Assembly (NCBI GenBank): GCA_964510085.1
Contig: CAZEAB010000006.1
Span: forward strand, 1 to 52,844
Direction: 5' to 3'
From: an uncultured Methanosarcinales archaeon
GTDB lineage: Archaea > Nanobdellota > Nanobdellia > Woesearchaeales > GW2011-AR9
DNA: 52,844 bases
This document shows positions 19,210 through 29,268 of the stretch, in pieces. Numbering within the stretch: position 1 is the first letter of the stretch; each line of letters starts with the position of its first letter. The translations under genes and the position numbers were made by a program. The notes beneath the pieces were generated by a model, which searched no databases, was not told where the DNA came from, and worked only from the letters and a program-made list of their open reading frames with translations.

Positions 19210-19653
19210 TTATTTTTCTTTCCAATACAAAATTACAATTAAAATTACACTAATACTAATAGCTATATCCGCAATATTAAAAGCAGGCCACCATCCTAAA
19301 TCTATAAAGTCGATAACAAATCCTCGAAAGAATCTATCTAGCATGTTTCCTATAACTCCACCAAGAAATATCCCCCATAATATCTGCCCTTTTCTATCTG
19401 TAGGCAAATCTTTGTAGTAATATAATACCCCTCCAGCAACAAGAAGTGAGAGAAAACCAAGAAGTAATGTTCTTCCTTGCAAAATACCAAACCCTGCTCC
19501 AGTATTTGTGAGATAATGAATTTTTAGCCATGAATACTCTGCAACGAATCTAGAACTCTCTATAGCCCACTTTAACAATTGATCAAAAAGAATAACAATA
19601 ATTGAAGCCCACAAAAATTCTTTCTTAAAAATAATCCTTTTCATAATCACCAC
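19210..19653 (-). CDS. lspA: Lipoprotein signal peptidase II
   Basis: DQLLK, NTGAGFG, GNMLDR, VIDF, FNIAD (both catalytic Asp). Confidence 0.93.
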   Translation of the reverse strand: MVIMKRIIFKKEFLWASIIVILFDQLLKWAIESSRFVAEYSWLKIHYLTNTGAGFGILQGRTLLLGFLSLLVAGGVLYYYKDLPTDRKGQILWGIFLGGVIGNMLDRFFRGFVIDFIDLGWWPAFNIADIAISISVILIVILYWKEK

Positions 19654-20054
19654 AATCTCTTTCTATTATCTTGTGTGTTACCTTTCTCTAAATTCGCAAG
19701 TCGTTGGTCTAACGATTGTAATAACGCTTTAATTGTATCAAGTTTACTGTTCATTAATTCCATATCTCTTTTATTACCTAATTCTTGTGTAGATTGTGGT
19801 GCTAATGAAGGTGCAACAGACTCTGGTTGGGATGCAAAAGGGTCACTTCTTCTATCTAACTCCTCAAATGGAGATGTTTCACCAGCTGGAGGCGTAGTTG
19901 GCTGTTGTTCCATACTAGGAAAATCTTTTGCCATTTCCTTAGAAGCAAGAGCATCAAAGTCAAATTCATCTTCTTTTTTCCAAAATTTAAGTTTGCTGAA
20001 CATTCCCATATAAAGAAGTAATATTACAGCGGTTTTAAATATTTCGTTAACCAC
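19647..20054 (-). CDS. Hypothetical protein with C-terminal coiled coil
   Basis: ELMNSKLDTIKALLQSLDQRLANLE; real start probably an internal ATG near 20009. Confidence 0.7.
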   Translation of the reverse strand: MVNEIFKTAVILLLYMGMFSKLKFWKKEDEFDFDALASKEMAKDFPSMEQQPTTPPAGETSPFEELDRRSDPFASQPESVAPSLAPQSTQELGNKRDMELMNSKLDTIKALLQSLDQRLANLEKGNTQDNRKRLW

Positions 20055-20088
20055 AACTTTAATAAAGAAAATTGTACTCTATGCAGAT

Positions 20089-20325
20089 ATGGCAAAAACA
20101 AAAAAGAAAGAATCAAAGGACGAACAAGTTGGTTTCCATAAAGGTTCCCTTGCAACATTAAGTAAAGAAAGGGAAGAGTTAATGCGAATTCTACAAATTG
20201 TAGAACAACTAATGCAGATGCACATTGCTGAACTTAAGAATTTGGGAGTAGATTTAGTAAAAGAAGCTAAAAGCGCAACTAAAAAACTTAAGGGAAACAA
20301 ACCAATAGAAGATGTGCTTAAGTAA
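20089..20325 (+). CDS. Small hypothetical protein
   Basis: 78-aa ORF, divergent promoter, EQVGFHKGSLATLSKEREEL. Confidence 0.75.
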   Translation: MAKTKKKESKDEQVGFHKGSLATLSKEREELMRILQIVEQLMQMHIAELKNLGVDLVKEAKSATKKLKGNKPIEDVLK

Positions 20326-20342
20326 ATAAAAAATAAAAAAAT

Positions 20343-21977
20343 TTATTTTTTCTTAATTAACATTGCTGCAAGTAAAAACATTATTACTACAATGATTATT
20401 ACAATACCGCCAATTAAGAGTGCAACTTCTGCAAAACTATCTTCTCCTACTTCCTGAACAACTGGTTGTGTTTCTACAAATGTTGGGAAGTTAATTTTCT
20501 CAACTAATACAGAACCACTAGTTGAACTAGGATTTTTTGGAACGAAGTTGTTTACAGAGATTGTAGATGAGCTTGGTGTAACGCTTGTTGAAGCAGTTCC
20601 TTTGATAGATTTCTCAATATCATCTTCTAACTCCTCAGCATCTTCTTCAAGGTTTTCAATCTTACTAAGCAACTTTTTCTGATCTTTGATAGAGGTATTC
20701 TTACCAACTTTATCATCTAGATTTTTGATCTTCTTAGCTAAATCTTCAACATTATCATCAAGATCTTTAAGCTTGTCTTCGTACTTTTTCTCATCCTTAC
20801 TATCCTTTTGAGTTCGAGCTTTTTCTACTTTCTTTTTGTAAAAGAAGTAGTCTTTTTCAATATCATCAAACTCATTATCCAAATCTGAGAATTCAATCCA
20901 TTCATCTTTAACCACTGGAGTTGGTGTTGGAGTACTTGAACAATCTGTTCCTACAGTTTGTGCAATTGCTTTCTTAGCATCAGCTTCAAGTGTTGCTAAT
21001 TCACTAATTAGCTTGTTTGCATCTGCTTCTAAATATCCATTCTTCCATTCAGTTGCAGTTGATCTAACAAGGACCATAGTTTCCATAGCATCGTTAATAT
21101 CATTACGAATTCCTGTTAATGCAATTTTTGTAGTATCTGTACTTTTCTTTGCACAAAGTAACGTGTTATGTTCTTTTGAAACTTTTGCAAGATCAGATTT
21201 AATCAAAGGAATTCCATTAGGACCAGCGCTGTACACAGCAAAGTATGCGTATCCATACTCTACTACTTTTCCTGGTGATTTACTAATTGTTCCTAAATTC
21301 TTTTGAAGTTCATCATAGTCATTTGCAAAATCTTGTTGAACAAGTTCATTTTTCTTGTTGTTATCTTGCATTTTCTTTTCAGAAGCTTTAACTTTATTTA
21401 CAAGTGAACCTAATTCATTCATTTTTGATCCAACAGTATTTACATCGCCTTTCTTTGCAATCAAATCTAAGATCTCTGCTTGTAAACCATGTAGTTCATC
21501 AAGTTTTATTTCTGCTTCAGTATATACAAGTCGGGCTTCTTCATGTACATCAATCATTGTTAACGCATCTCCCGCTTTCTTGAATAATCCTTCAGTAGAA
21601 GATAATTTTCCAACAAAAGTATTTACTTGGTTAAGAACATAATCTTTTTCTGATCCATCTCCTGATTGAAAATTTCCTTGAGATGCTTCACTAAGAAGTT
21701 CTGTTCTAATTGTATCTGTTTTACTTTGAATTCCACTAAGTTTAGTCTTAAGTGAATTTAATGATGTTAAAGCAGTAGTAGCATCTTCAGCAGTTGAAAA
21801 TTCTATTACAGAATAAACATCCGTATTGTATTGGCCCTGAACTTCTTCAAACTGGTGGTTTAAATTATCAAGTTCTTGTTGATAATCTCCCCCGTCTTTC
21901 GCCAAAGCAATCGGCGCAAAAGTTCCTAGAGCAAACAATAGCAATACTATAATCGCAATTATTTTGTTTAATTTCAT
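20343..21977 (-). CDS. Surface coiled-coil protein with signal peptide and C-terminal TM anchor
   Basis: Signal peptide, helical/heptad regions, Ser/Thr linker, TM followed by KKK; GAGGT RBS. Confidence 0.8.
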   Translation of the reverse strand: MKLNKIIAIIVLLLFALGTFAPIALAKDGGDYQQELDNLNHQFEEVQGQYNTDVYSVIEFSTAEDATTALTSLNSLKTKLSGIQSKTDTIRTELLSEASQGNFQSGDGSEKDYVLNQVNTFVGKLSSTEGLFKKAGDALTMIDVHEEARLVYTEAEIKLDELHGLQAEILDLIAKKGDVNTVGSKMNELGSLVNKVKASEKKMQDNNKKNELVQQDFANDYDELQKNLGTISKSPGKVVEYGYAYFAVYSAGPNGIPLIKSDLAKVSKEHNTLLCAKKSTDTTKIALTGIRNDINDAMETMVLVRSTATEWKNGYLEADANKLISELATLEADAKKAIAQTVGTDCSSTPTPTPVVKDEWIEFSDLDNEFDDIEKDYFFYKKKVEKARTQKDSKDEKKYEDKLKDLDDNVEDLAKKIKNLDDKVGKNTSIKDQKKLLSKIENLEEDAEELEDDIEKSIKGTASTSVTPSSSTISVNNFVPKNPSSTSGSVLVEKINFPTFVETQPVVQEVGEDSFAEVALLIGGIVIIIVVIMFLLAAMLIKKK

Positions 21978-22068
21978 TTTGTATTAATACCTCATCTAGA
22001 TGATATAGTAAAAATACGCTTATTTCTTTATAAAGATTTCTAAAAGAATTTACTTTTGAGTGACAACA

Positions 22069-22521
22069 CTAAATGATTATTGAATTAGTTCGAGATATCT
22101 TTGGAAGATGGTTTAATATAACCCCCTCTTTATATCGTGCACTTCCTAACACTTCATTTCCAAAGCAAAGAATGATTTGTCTATTATCTCCACTAACTTC
22201 TTTAGTAATATCTTCTCCCTTAAAATAAGCACGAACTTCTTCATCCGTTAATTCAACAGTATTTTGAACATTTCCTGCTTCCCTTACCAATAGCTGTGCA
22301 CCTTCTTTACTTAATCTAACATAATTATTCATATTTTCAGCGAAATATAGTCCAATTCTGTTAGCTTTATGATAATCTATCTTATCAATATTTTTATTTA
22401 TAACAAAAATACGTTCTTTATCATTTTTAAAAAAAGCATAATCTTCAGTTAAAAAAGTTCCAAATTGACTTACAATATCTTCTCGTAACTTCTTTACTTC
22501 CCGTGAATTAAGGACTCTCAT
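22069..22521 (-). CDS. NIP7/PUA-like ribosome biogenesis protein
   Basis: IGLYF..RLSKEGAQL..VELTDEEVRAYFKGED..ILNHLPK; ATGA overlap with the aIF5B stop. Confidence 0.7.
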   Translation of the reverse strand: MRVLNSREVKKLREDIVSQFGTFLTEDYAFFKNDKERIFVINKNIDKIDYHKANRIGLYFAENMNNYVRLSKEGAQLLVREAGNVQNTVELTDEEVRAYFKGEDITKEVSGDNRQIILCFGNEVLGSARYKEGVILNHLPKISRTNSIII

Positions 22522-24302
22522 CCAACACCCCACACTGGATCTTCTTTTCTTTTAATTTCTGCAATTTCCTTAATAACATTAATCTCAACTGCAGACAAAT
22601 GTTTCTTTAACTGTTTTAATTGCTTAAAATCTTCTTCAGGAATGTCTGTATAAAGGAAATCTCCCTCTTCAATCTGTCTTCCTACTGTAACGCCATCAAG
22701 CGCCATTGCAATTTGTTTACCTTGTTCTGCTACTGTTATATTTTCTTTTCCTTCCTTCATACTTTTAACATAAGAAATACGTTTTCCATGACTTTTCATC
22801 ACTGGATCTCCTGTTTTAATCTTTCCAATTTCAATTTCTACTCCTACAATAGCAGGATTACTTTGCCGGAAGGTATATCCTTTAAGTATAGCAAATTTAC
22901 ATGGTCGTACAAGGGAATTAAATTTCTTCTTTTCAATTTCTTCTTTTAATGATTCAACATATTTTTCATAATCTTCAATTGTTTGATAAATTACATCGTG
23001 GCTAATTACCTTTAACTCCTTTGTTTTGATAAGATCTTCAATCTCAGTAGGGATTTTCACATTAAATCCTAATAAGACTCCTGTAAATGGATCTTTTTCA
23101 TGTAAAGATTCAAGTTTAGAAATATCTTTTTTAGTGAGATCTCCTAAAGTAGCAGAAGAAATAGGAACATCCTTCTCTTCCAATAACGTTCGGAGTGCTT
23201 CTAATCCTCCAATCGTATCTGCTTTAATCATAACGCCCATTTCGGAATCTTCATCCGAAAGAACTTCACCAACTTCTTCTTTAATTTCTTCAATTAAACC
23301 AGGGATATCTGCTTCAGAAGAACTACTTCGCACAGGCATTCCAGCAATAGCTTTATCTAATCCTGGGGCGGAAATTTTTACTCCCGTTGCCGCATGAACT
23401 TCCTTAACATTCTTAAATTGACTTTTCTTTTCCCTCATTTCAGATAACTCTGCTGGCTCCAGTAATGCTCGTACTTTTACAGTAAATGGTTCTCCGATAT
23501 CTCCAATAATGAGTGTATCTCCAACTTTTAATTGCCCATTATAAATAATAGTATCAATAGTCATCCCTAAACCTTTTTCTTCTTTAACTTCAAGAATAGT
23601 TCCTTTACAATTGCCTGTTTCATCAATTTCTAACTTCTTTTCCAGATATTTCTGAGCTAGTCCAGTAAGAACCATAAGTAATTCGGGGATTCCTTGTCCG
23701 GTATTTGCAGAAACTGGAACAATTGCTATTTGTTTAGTATAATCATCAATTCTATCAAACCGTTCTGCTTGTAATTCATTTTCTGTACATTGTCCAACAA
23801 GTTCATATAATTTCTTTTCAAACTCTCCCTGAATTTTAAAATCAAAATCTGCAATATTTGCAAGAAGTGTTTTATTTTGGTCATATTTCCATCCATGTAA
23901 TAAATCAACTTTATTTGCAGCAATAATAAAAGGAACTTTGTTTGCCTTCAGAATTTCGATAGATTCAATCGTTTGTGGTTTAAATCCTTCATTAATATCC
24001 ACAACAAGAATCGCTATGTCAGCAAGCGATCCTCCTCTTTTTCGTAAACTAGTGAAAGCAGCGTGACCAGGAGTATCGATAGTTAATAATCCAGGAACGG
24101 TAAGACCCTCTTTAAAAGCATCAAATAAATTTCCACAAATCTTTTTGATAGTCTCCATAGGGATAATAGAAACACCAATTGCTTGTGTGATGGCACCCGC
24201 TTCTCTATTAGCAACAACAGTTCTTCTAATTTTATCTAGTAAAGACGTTTTCCCATGATCGACGTGTCCCACGACTGTTACTAATACCTTTCTTGTTGCC
24301 AT
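22518..24302 (-). CDS. infB: Translation initiation factor aIF5B / IF-2
   Basis: GHVDHGKTS, GAITQAIG, DTPGH, NKVD. Confidence 0.97.
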   Translation of the reverse strand: MATRKVLVTVVGHVDHGKTSLLDKIRRTVVANREAGAITQAIGVSIIPMETIKKICGNLFDAFKEGLTVPGLLTIDTPGHAAFTSLRKRGGSLADIAILVVDINEGFKPQTIESIEILKANKVPFIIAANKVDLLHGWKYDQNKTLLANIADFDFKIQGEFEKKLYELVGQCTENELQAERFDRIDDYTKQIAIVPVSANTGQGIPELLMVLTGLAQKYLEKKLEIDETGNCKGTILEVKEEKGLGMTIDTIIYNGQLKVGDTLIIGDIGEPFTVKVRALLEPAELSEMREKKSQFKNVKEVHAATGVKISAPGLDKAIAGMPVRSSSSEADIPGLIEEIKEEVGEVLSDEDSEMGVMIKADTIGGLEALRTLLEEKDVPISSATLGDLTKKDISKLESLHEKDPFTGVLLGFNVKIPTEIEDLIKTKELKVISHDVIYQTIEDYEKYVESLKEEIEKKKFNSLVRPCKFAILKGYTFRQSNPAIVGVEIEIGKIKTGDPVMKSHGKRISYVKSMKEGKENITVAEQGKQIAMALDGVTVGRQIEEGDFLYTDIPEEDFKQLKQLKKHLSAVEINVIKEIAEIKRKEDPVWGVG

Positions 24303-24366
24303 TTATAGGTTATTTCTTAGTTTGTTTTTAAATTTTCTCAATGAAACATGTATTTAGTTCAATAGG

Positions 24367-24436
24367 GTTAGCACCGCCAATTGAGGCGCATTTTGTGAAG
24401 AGTATCACAAAATCTACCGCGCCGTGCTGTGCTAAC
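24367..24436. ncRNA. Candidate structured non-coding motif, copy B
   Basis: GTTAGCAC/GTGCTAAC, GGCGC/GCGCC, ATTTTGTGA/TCACAAAAT; same architecture as 7173-7239. Confidence 0.65.
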
Positions 24437-24507
24437 ATGGAAGGCGAACTAAATCAGTATCAATGAACAGGCAAATTTTATAAAGAACACAATAAACATA
24501 TGCATTA

Positions 24508-25212
24508 ATGGCTAAACCAAAATTCACACATCGTAGTCCGGTGGCAGTATTTATTCTTACTATTATTACATTTGGATTATATTGGATTTATTGGCTTTAT
24601 TCAACAACAAAAGAATTACAAGATTATGATAAAGAAGCACCACATCCAGGATTAATATTTTTATTCTTCATCCCATTTGTTAATATTGTTGTAGCCATAA
24701 TTTATTATTGGAAATATGCTAAATCTATTAACAAAGTAACTGGCTTTGATACATGGGGAATGTTTCTCTTAATGGTTCTTATTCCATCTATAGGAATGAT
24801 TATTGCACAGATTGAATTTAATCGAGGAACGAAACCAAAGAAAGGCAAGAAGGAAGTTGCTAAATCATACAAAGTAATTGGAATTTTACAGTTAGTTATT
24901 TCTTCAATTCTGTTAATGTACTTCTCATTAAATATACGGTTCATATTTTATTCACCAATATGGACTATAGCAAAATTATTAGTACCCATTGGAGGGATTG
25001 TAGGAGGAATAGTTCTTCTTAAGAAAACAAAGTGGGCACCAACGTTACAATTTTGGTGGGGGACGTACAGTCTGTTATACTACCTTTCACCTTTACTGAT
25101 TTTTAATGCTGGTTTTGGTTTTGGATTTATGGGTTATATGGGAAGCATCATTGGAATGATGTACATGATTTTCATAGTTGCATATTTCAGAACTTCATGG
25201 AAATTACGGTAA
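24508..25212 (+). CDS. DUF4234-like membrane protein with extra TM region
   Basis: RSPVAVFILTIITFGLYWIYWLY. Confidence 0.75.
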   Translation: MAKPKFTHRSPVAVFILTIITFGLYWIYWLYSTTKELQDYDKEAPHPGLIFLFFIPFVNIVVAIIYYWKYAKSINKVTGFDTWGMFLLMVLIPSIGMIIAQIEFNRGTKPKKGKKEVAKSYKVIGILQLVISSILLMYFSLNIRFIFYSPIWTIAKLLVPIGGIVGGIVLLKKTKWAPTLQFWWGTYSLLYYLSPLLIFNAGFGFGFMGYMGSIIGMMYMIFIVAYFRTSWKLR

Positions 25213-25243
25213 CATTTAAGTTATAACCTTCTTTTTCTAACAC

Positions 25244-26347
25244 ATGCAAACAATTTCAGAAAAATCTGTACAAATAAATGCATCCGTTCCAGAAAAAGAC
25301 GTAAACAGAAAGATGCCTGTATTCTATAATCCAAGAATGATATCAAACAGAAACATTTCCATTCTCTTAGTGAATTCAATAGATAACAAAGATATGAACC
25401 TTGCATTCCCATTAACTGGTTCCGGTGTAAGGCCGCTACGGTTTTTGAAAGAAGTAAAAGAAGACAAGATAAATCACCTGTTTGTAAACGATAGAAAAGA
25501 AACATTTGAAAAAACGTTCAAAGATAATCTTAAATTAAACAAAATAAAGAATAAAAACATTTCTATCTTTAATGAAGATGCATCTTTATTCTTACTAAAT
25601 AGAATCATGGATACAAAGAAACCTTCTGGATATTGTGGATACTTTGATTATATTGATTTAGACCCCTTTGGAACACCTAATCCCTTTCTTAATGCTACAA
25701 CTGCACGAATTAGCAGAAAAGGAATCATTGCAATAACTGCAACAGATACAGCAGCTTTAAGCGGAACGTACCCTCAAGTTACAAGAAGAAAGTACTGGGC
25801 TAAAACAACAAAAAATTACATGATGCACGAACTCGGTCTTAGAATCTTGATTAGAAAAGTCCAATTACAAGGAGTTCAATTTGACAAAGCATTAACTCCA
25901 GTATTAGCATATCATAAGGACCATTATTTCCGAATTTATTTTAGATCTGAAAATGGAAAAAAGAAATGTGATGCAATCTTAGACCAACACAAGTTTATGT
26001 TATATAATCCTAAAACGCTTGACTTTGAAATATCAAAATCTAATACAAAGAAAGGATACGATGCTATCGGCCCTTTATGGGTTGGAAGTTTAAAAGATCA
26101 AAAACTTGTTGAAAAGATGTTACAGAATAATACGTATGAAAAAGAGACTAAATTTCTTACAAAATTACAAGAAGAGCAAGATGTTTGTGGATTTTATGAT
26201 TACCACATCATTGCAAAGAAGTATAAAATACCCTTAGGAAAGAAGGAAATGTTATTGAAGAAATTAAAAGCATCTAGTACCCATTTTTCTCCCACTGGTT
26301 TCAAAACAAATAAAAAGATTAAAGAAATAATCCAAAAACTTAAATAA
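25244..26347 (+). CDS. trm1: tRNA (guanine-26)-dimethyltransferase
   Basis: VFYNPRM..NR, GSGVR, IDLDPFGTP, TATDTAAL, ELGLRIL, GPLW. Confidence 0.93.
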   Translation: MQTISEKSVQINASVPEKDVNRKMPVFYNPRMISNRNISILLVNSIDNKDMNLAFPLTGSGVRPLRFLKEVKEDKINHLFVNDRKETFEKTFKDNLKLNKIKNKNISIFNEDASLFLLNRIMDTKKPSGYCGYFDYIDLDPFGTPNPFLNATTARISRKGIIAITATDTAALSGTYPQVTRRKYWAKTTKNYMMHELGLRILIRKVQLQGVQFDKALTPVLAYHKDHYFRIYFRSENGKKKCDAILDQHKFMLYNPKTLDFEISKSNTKKGYDAIGPLWVGSLKDQKLVEKMLQNNTYEKETKFLTKLQEEQDVCGFYDYHIIAKKYKIPLGKKEMLLKKLKASSTHFSPTGFKTNKKIKEIIQKLK

Positions 26348-26368
26348 GTTGTTTCTATTTGATTTAAT

Positions 26369-26674
26369 ATGCTTACAAAAGAGATTATAATTAAGAAAAT
26401 TGAAGAGAATAAATCTACAATTCGTTCATTTGGTGTAAAAAAATTAGCTCTTTTTGGCTCTTACGCACGAGATGAAGCTACTGAAAAGAGCGACATTGAC
26501 TTTTTAGTTGAGTTTGAGCAAGGAAGAGGGTTATTCAAAGATTTTGTACATTTGCTTCAATTCTTAAGAGATGATTTATTTGTAAAGGATGTTGATATTG
26601 TTAAACCAAATTTGATACATGAAGGGCTTAAGGACTCAATTCTTGGAGGATCAAAAATTGAAGCGAAGCTTTAA
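26369..26674 (+). CDS. MNT (minimal nucleotidyltransferase) antitoxin
   Basis: LFGSYAR...SDIDFLV. Confidence 0.92.
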   Translation: MLTKEIIIKKIEENKSTIRSFGVKKLALFGSYARDEATEKSDIDFLVEFEQGRGLFKDFVHLLQFLRDDLFVKDVDIVKPNLIHEGLKDSILGGSKIEAKL

Positions 26675-26990
26675 TCTTTATTTAGAAGACATTCTTGAAA
26701 GGATTTCAAGAATTCGTGAATATACTAATGGTATGACTTACATTGATTTTCAAAGAAATAAACTAGTATCCGATGGAGTTGTCCATAACTTAGAGATTAT
26801 TGGAGAGATAGCTGGCCAGTTAGACGACGAATTTAGGAGAAAACATTCCGAAGTTCCATGGCAAGAAATGAAAGATTTTAGAAACGTCATTATTCATAAA
26901 TACCATAAGGTAGACTTTGAGATTGTGTGGAGTATTGTTGAAAACCTTATTGATCCATTAGAAAAAAATGTACAGAAAATATTACTATGA
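26658..26990 (+). CDS. HEPN (DUF86) RNase toxin
   Basis: [17 protein letters not shown] (Rx4HxY); TTG start at 26658 overlapping MNT. Confidence 0.9.
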   Translation: MKRSFNLYLEDILERISRIREYTNGMTYIDFQRNKLVSDGVVHNLEIIGEIAGQLDDEFRRKHSEVPWQEMKDFRNVIIHKYHKVDFEIVWSIVENLIDPLEKNVQKILL

Positions 26991-27340
26991 ACAAACTAAC
27001 TAAAGAACAAAAAGAAATTCTTCTCAATAAAGGAACAGAAGCGCCAGGAACAGGCAAACTTCTTCATAATAAAGAGAAAGGAACATATCATTGTGCTCAA
27101 TGTGGTACAGAATTATTCTCTTCTAAAACAAAATTTGATTCTGGAAGTGGGTGGCCAAGTTTCTATGATGCTGATAATGTAGAATGTAAAGAGGATAATA
27201 GTTTGGGTATGAATAGAACTGAAGTGACCTGTAAGAAGTGTAAAGGACATCTTGGCCACTTATTTGAAGATGGGCCTAAACCAACTGGTAAAAGATATTG
27301 TGTTAATTCTGGTGCGTTAGAATTTGAAAAAAAGAAATAA
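26987..27340 (+). CDS. msrB: Peptide-methionine (R)-S-oxide reductase
   Basis: [26 protein letters not shown]. Confidence 0.96.
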   Translation: MNKLTKEQKEILLNKGTEAPGTGKLLHNKEKGTYHCAQCGTELFSSKTKFDSGSGWPSFYDADNVECKEDNSLGMNRTEVTCKKCKGHLGHLFEDGPKPTGKRYCVNSGALEFEKKK

Positions 27341-27342
27341 CT

Positions 27343-27621
27343 CTATCCTAGAGCCAAATCCATCTTTGCAATTTGGGAATCTCTCACATTCTCAATTTCT
27401 CCCAATTTTGTTGCAATTCCGTCAAAGTCTGCTCCTTCAACTTCATACATACCAAGAACAAGAACTGCCTTCAAACCGAATGCGATAGGTTCTTCCTTAA
27501 CTTGCATTTCGCCAATAGCTCCTGCTTCTCGAGCGATTGCTTCTGCTTTTTCTTTAATTGGTCCTAAATCAACTTCAGGTGATTCAGGCATTAATTTAAA
27601 CGTAACTACTGCTTTTGACAT
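27343..27621 (-). CDS. ef1b: Elongation factor 1-beta
   Basis: KLMPESPEVDL, EEPIAFGLKA. Confidence 0.95.
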   Translation of the reverse strand: MSKAVVTFKLMPESPEVDLGPIKEKAEAIAREAGAIGEMQVKEEPIAFGLKAVLVLGMYEVEGADFDGIATKLGEIENVRDSQIAKMDLALG

Positions 27622-27624
27622 TTT

Positions 27625-28203
27625 TTACATACCTCCTGCTAATGCTGCCATCATAACAAAAAAGAAAAACCCTAATGCAAGAACAAATATGATTATAATT
27701 GGCAATATAATTGCTCCAAACGCTTTTCCCTTTGAAATTTTATGTAATGTTGATAACCCAACAACTTCTAAGTATATTGAATAAATTGCTGGAAATATTG
27801 ATAATATAGATACAAGAAGTACAACAATTTCGGAACTAATAACTAAAATCATTGCAACCATAGGAATTGCCCATAATAAAGATGGAACAGACCCATATGC
27901 TCTTGCTTTAAATGTATCAATATACGTTCCTTTTCCCTTGAATAACATAACAAACACATGTGTGATACCTGCCCCAATGAATGCTCCAACCATACCAAAT
28001 AAAACAATTGCTACATACATTAGTGGATACCATCCAGCGGATATTTGAAATGTTTTTATTTGTGAAGCTGCAGAAAGTAATCCTACAACTGCAGTAAAAA
28101 TCAAGTAGAATACAACTGGTTCTTTCAATCCTTCTTTCTTAACTGTAGAGAAATATTTTGTTGGTGTTTTCAACACCTTTGCTATTCGTAAAAAAAAATC
28201 CAT
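27625..28203 (-). CDS. Yip1-family membrane protein
   Basis: P..YF, about 5 TM helices, AYGSVP, HKISKGKA. Confidence 0.8.
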   Translation of the reverse strand: MDFFLRIAKVLKTPTKYFSTVKKEGLKEPVVFYLIFTAVVGLLSAASQIKTFQISAGWYPLMYVAIVLFGMVGAFIGAGITHVFVMLFKGKGTYIDTFKARAYGSVPSLLWAIPMVAMILVISSEIVVLLVSILSIFPAIYSIYLEVVGLSTLHKISKGKAFGAIILPIIIIFVLALGFFFFVMMAALAGGM

Positions 28204-28204
28204 T

Positions 28205-28372
28205 TTAGTTAGGTCCTACAAATCCACATGAACAAGTATACTTTAAAGCATTTGCTCTTGCGAACGTACTTCGTACAATTTCATTCTCACCGCATTGAGG
28301 ACAAGGAAAAATAACTGCTCCCTGGTCGTTGTCAATACGCTTCTTTGTTGCACTACATAATTTTGCTGTCAT
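28205..28372 (-). CDS. Small zinc-ribbon protein (DUF1610-like), 55 aa, absent from ORF track
   Basis: MTAKLCSATKKRIDNDQGAVIFPCPQCGENEIVRSTFARANALKYTCSCGFVGPN; family normally upstream of aEF-1beta. Confidence 0.88.
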   Translation of the reverse strand: MTAKLCSATKKRIDNDQGAVIFPCPQCGENEIVRSTFARANALKYTCSCGFVGPN

Positions 28373-28458
28373 AATGTTGTTATCCTTGGCAGTTATTTAT
28401 AAAAGTTTTGTTCAAATATAATGAAAGAAATATAAAACAGTAACAGTTTTTGATTAAT

Positions 28459-29268
28459 ATGATAATACCAAACCAAGAAGAATTTGAAAGAAAAGTAAAA
28501 TTTCTAAAAAATTCGCCCTCTCACATCATTTCAGATTTTGATAAGACTCTGACAAAAGCATTTACAAATGGGAAGAAAGTGCAATCATCTTATGCATTAT
28601 TAAGAGAGGGGAACTATTTGAATGAGAACTTTGCAAAGAGATCCCAAGAGTTTTATAATACTTATAGAAAATTCGAAGATTCAGACGAGCCATTACCTTT
28701 TAGACAAAATAAAATGAACGGCTGGTGGCAAGCTAATTGGACATTAATGAAAGAATGTGGATTATCAAAATCTGATTTACTTGATATTGTTGATAAAAAT
28801 AAAATTGAAGCAAGGGAAGGATTGTCAGAATTTTTCTCTATTATAGAAAGTGTACCTGTTCTAATTTTCTCGGCCGGTTTAGGAGACATAATTGAAATGT
28901 TCCTGGATAAACATGATCTATTAACACCCAATGTTCACATAGTAAGCAATTTTTGTACGTTTGATGAAACTGGAAAAGTTATAGAAGTCCCTTCTAGTTT
29001 TATTCATACATTAAATAAAAATGAGATTGAAATTACAAACAGGCCTTACTATCAAGAAATAAAAGATAGAAAAAATGTTATATTGCTGGGCGATAGGATT
29101 GATGATTTAGGGATGGTTGAAGGACTTGAACATGATGTTGTGTTGAAAATAGGGTTTTATAATTGTGATTCTCAAACACTTGAAGAATATAAGAAACATT
29201 TTGATTTAATTATTACAAATGACGGAACTATGGAAGAAGTAAATAAATTACTAAAATCTATTCTTTAA
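28459..29268 (+). CDS. HAD pyrimidine 5'-nucleotidase (UMPH-1/NT5C3-like)
   Basis: ISDFDKTLT, WW, IFSAGLGD, IVSNF, LLGDRIDDLGM, LKIGF. Confidence 0.85.
   Translation: MIIPNQEEFERKVKFLKNSPSHIISDFDKTLTKAFTNGKKVQSSYALLREGNYLNENFAKRSQEFYNTYRKFEDSDEPLPFRQNKMNGWWQANWTLMKECGLSKSDLLDIVDKNKIEAREGLSEFFSIIESVPVLIFSAGLGDIIEMFLDKHDLLTPNVHIVSNFCTFDETGKVIEVPSSFIHTLNKNEIEITNRPYYQEIKDRKNVILLGDRIDDLGMVEGLEHDVVLKIGFYNCDSQTLEEYKKHFDLIITNDGTMEEVNKLLKSIL

Noticed and set aside
26369-26990. MNT-HEPN pair as a novel system
   Set aside because: Ordinary, well-described archaeal toxin-antitoxin module.
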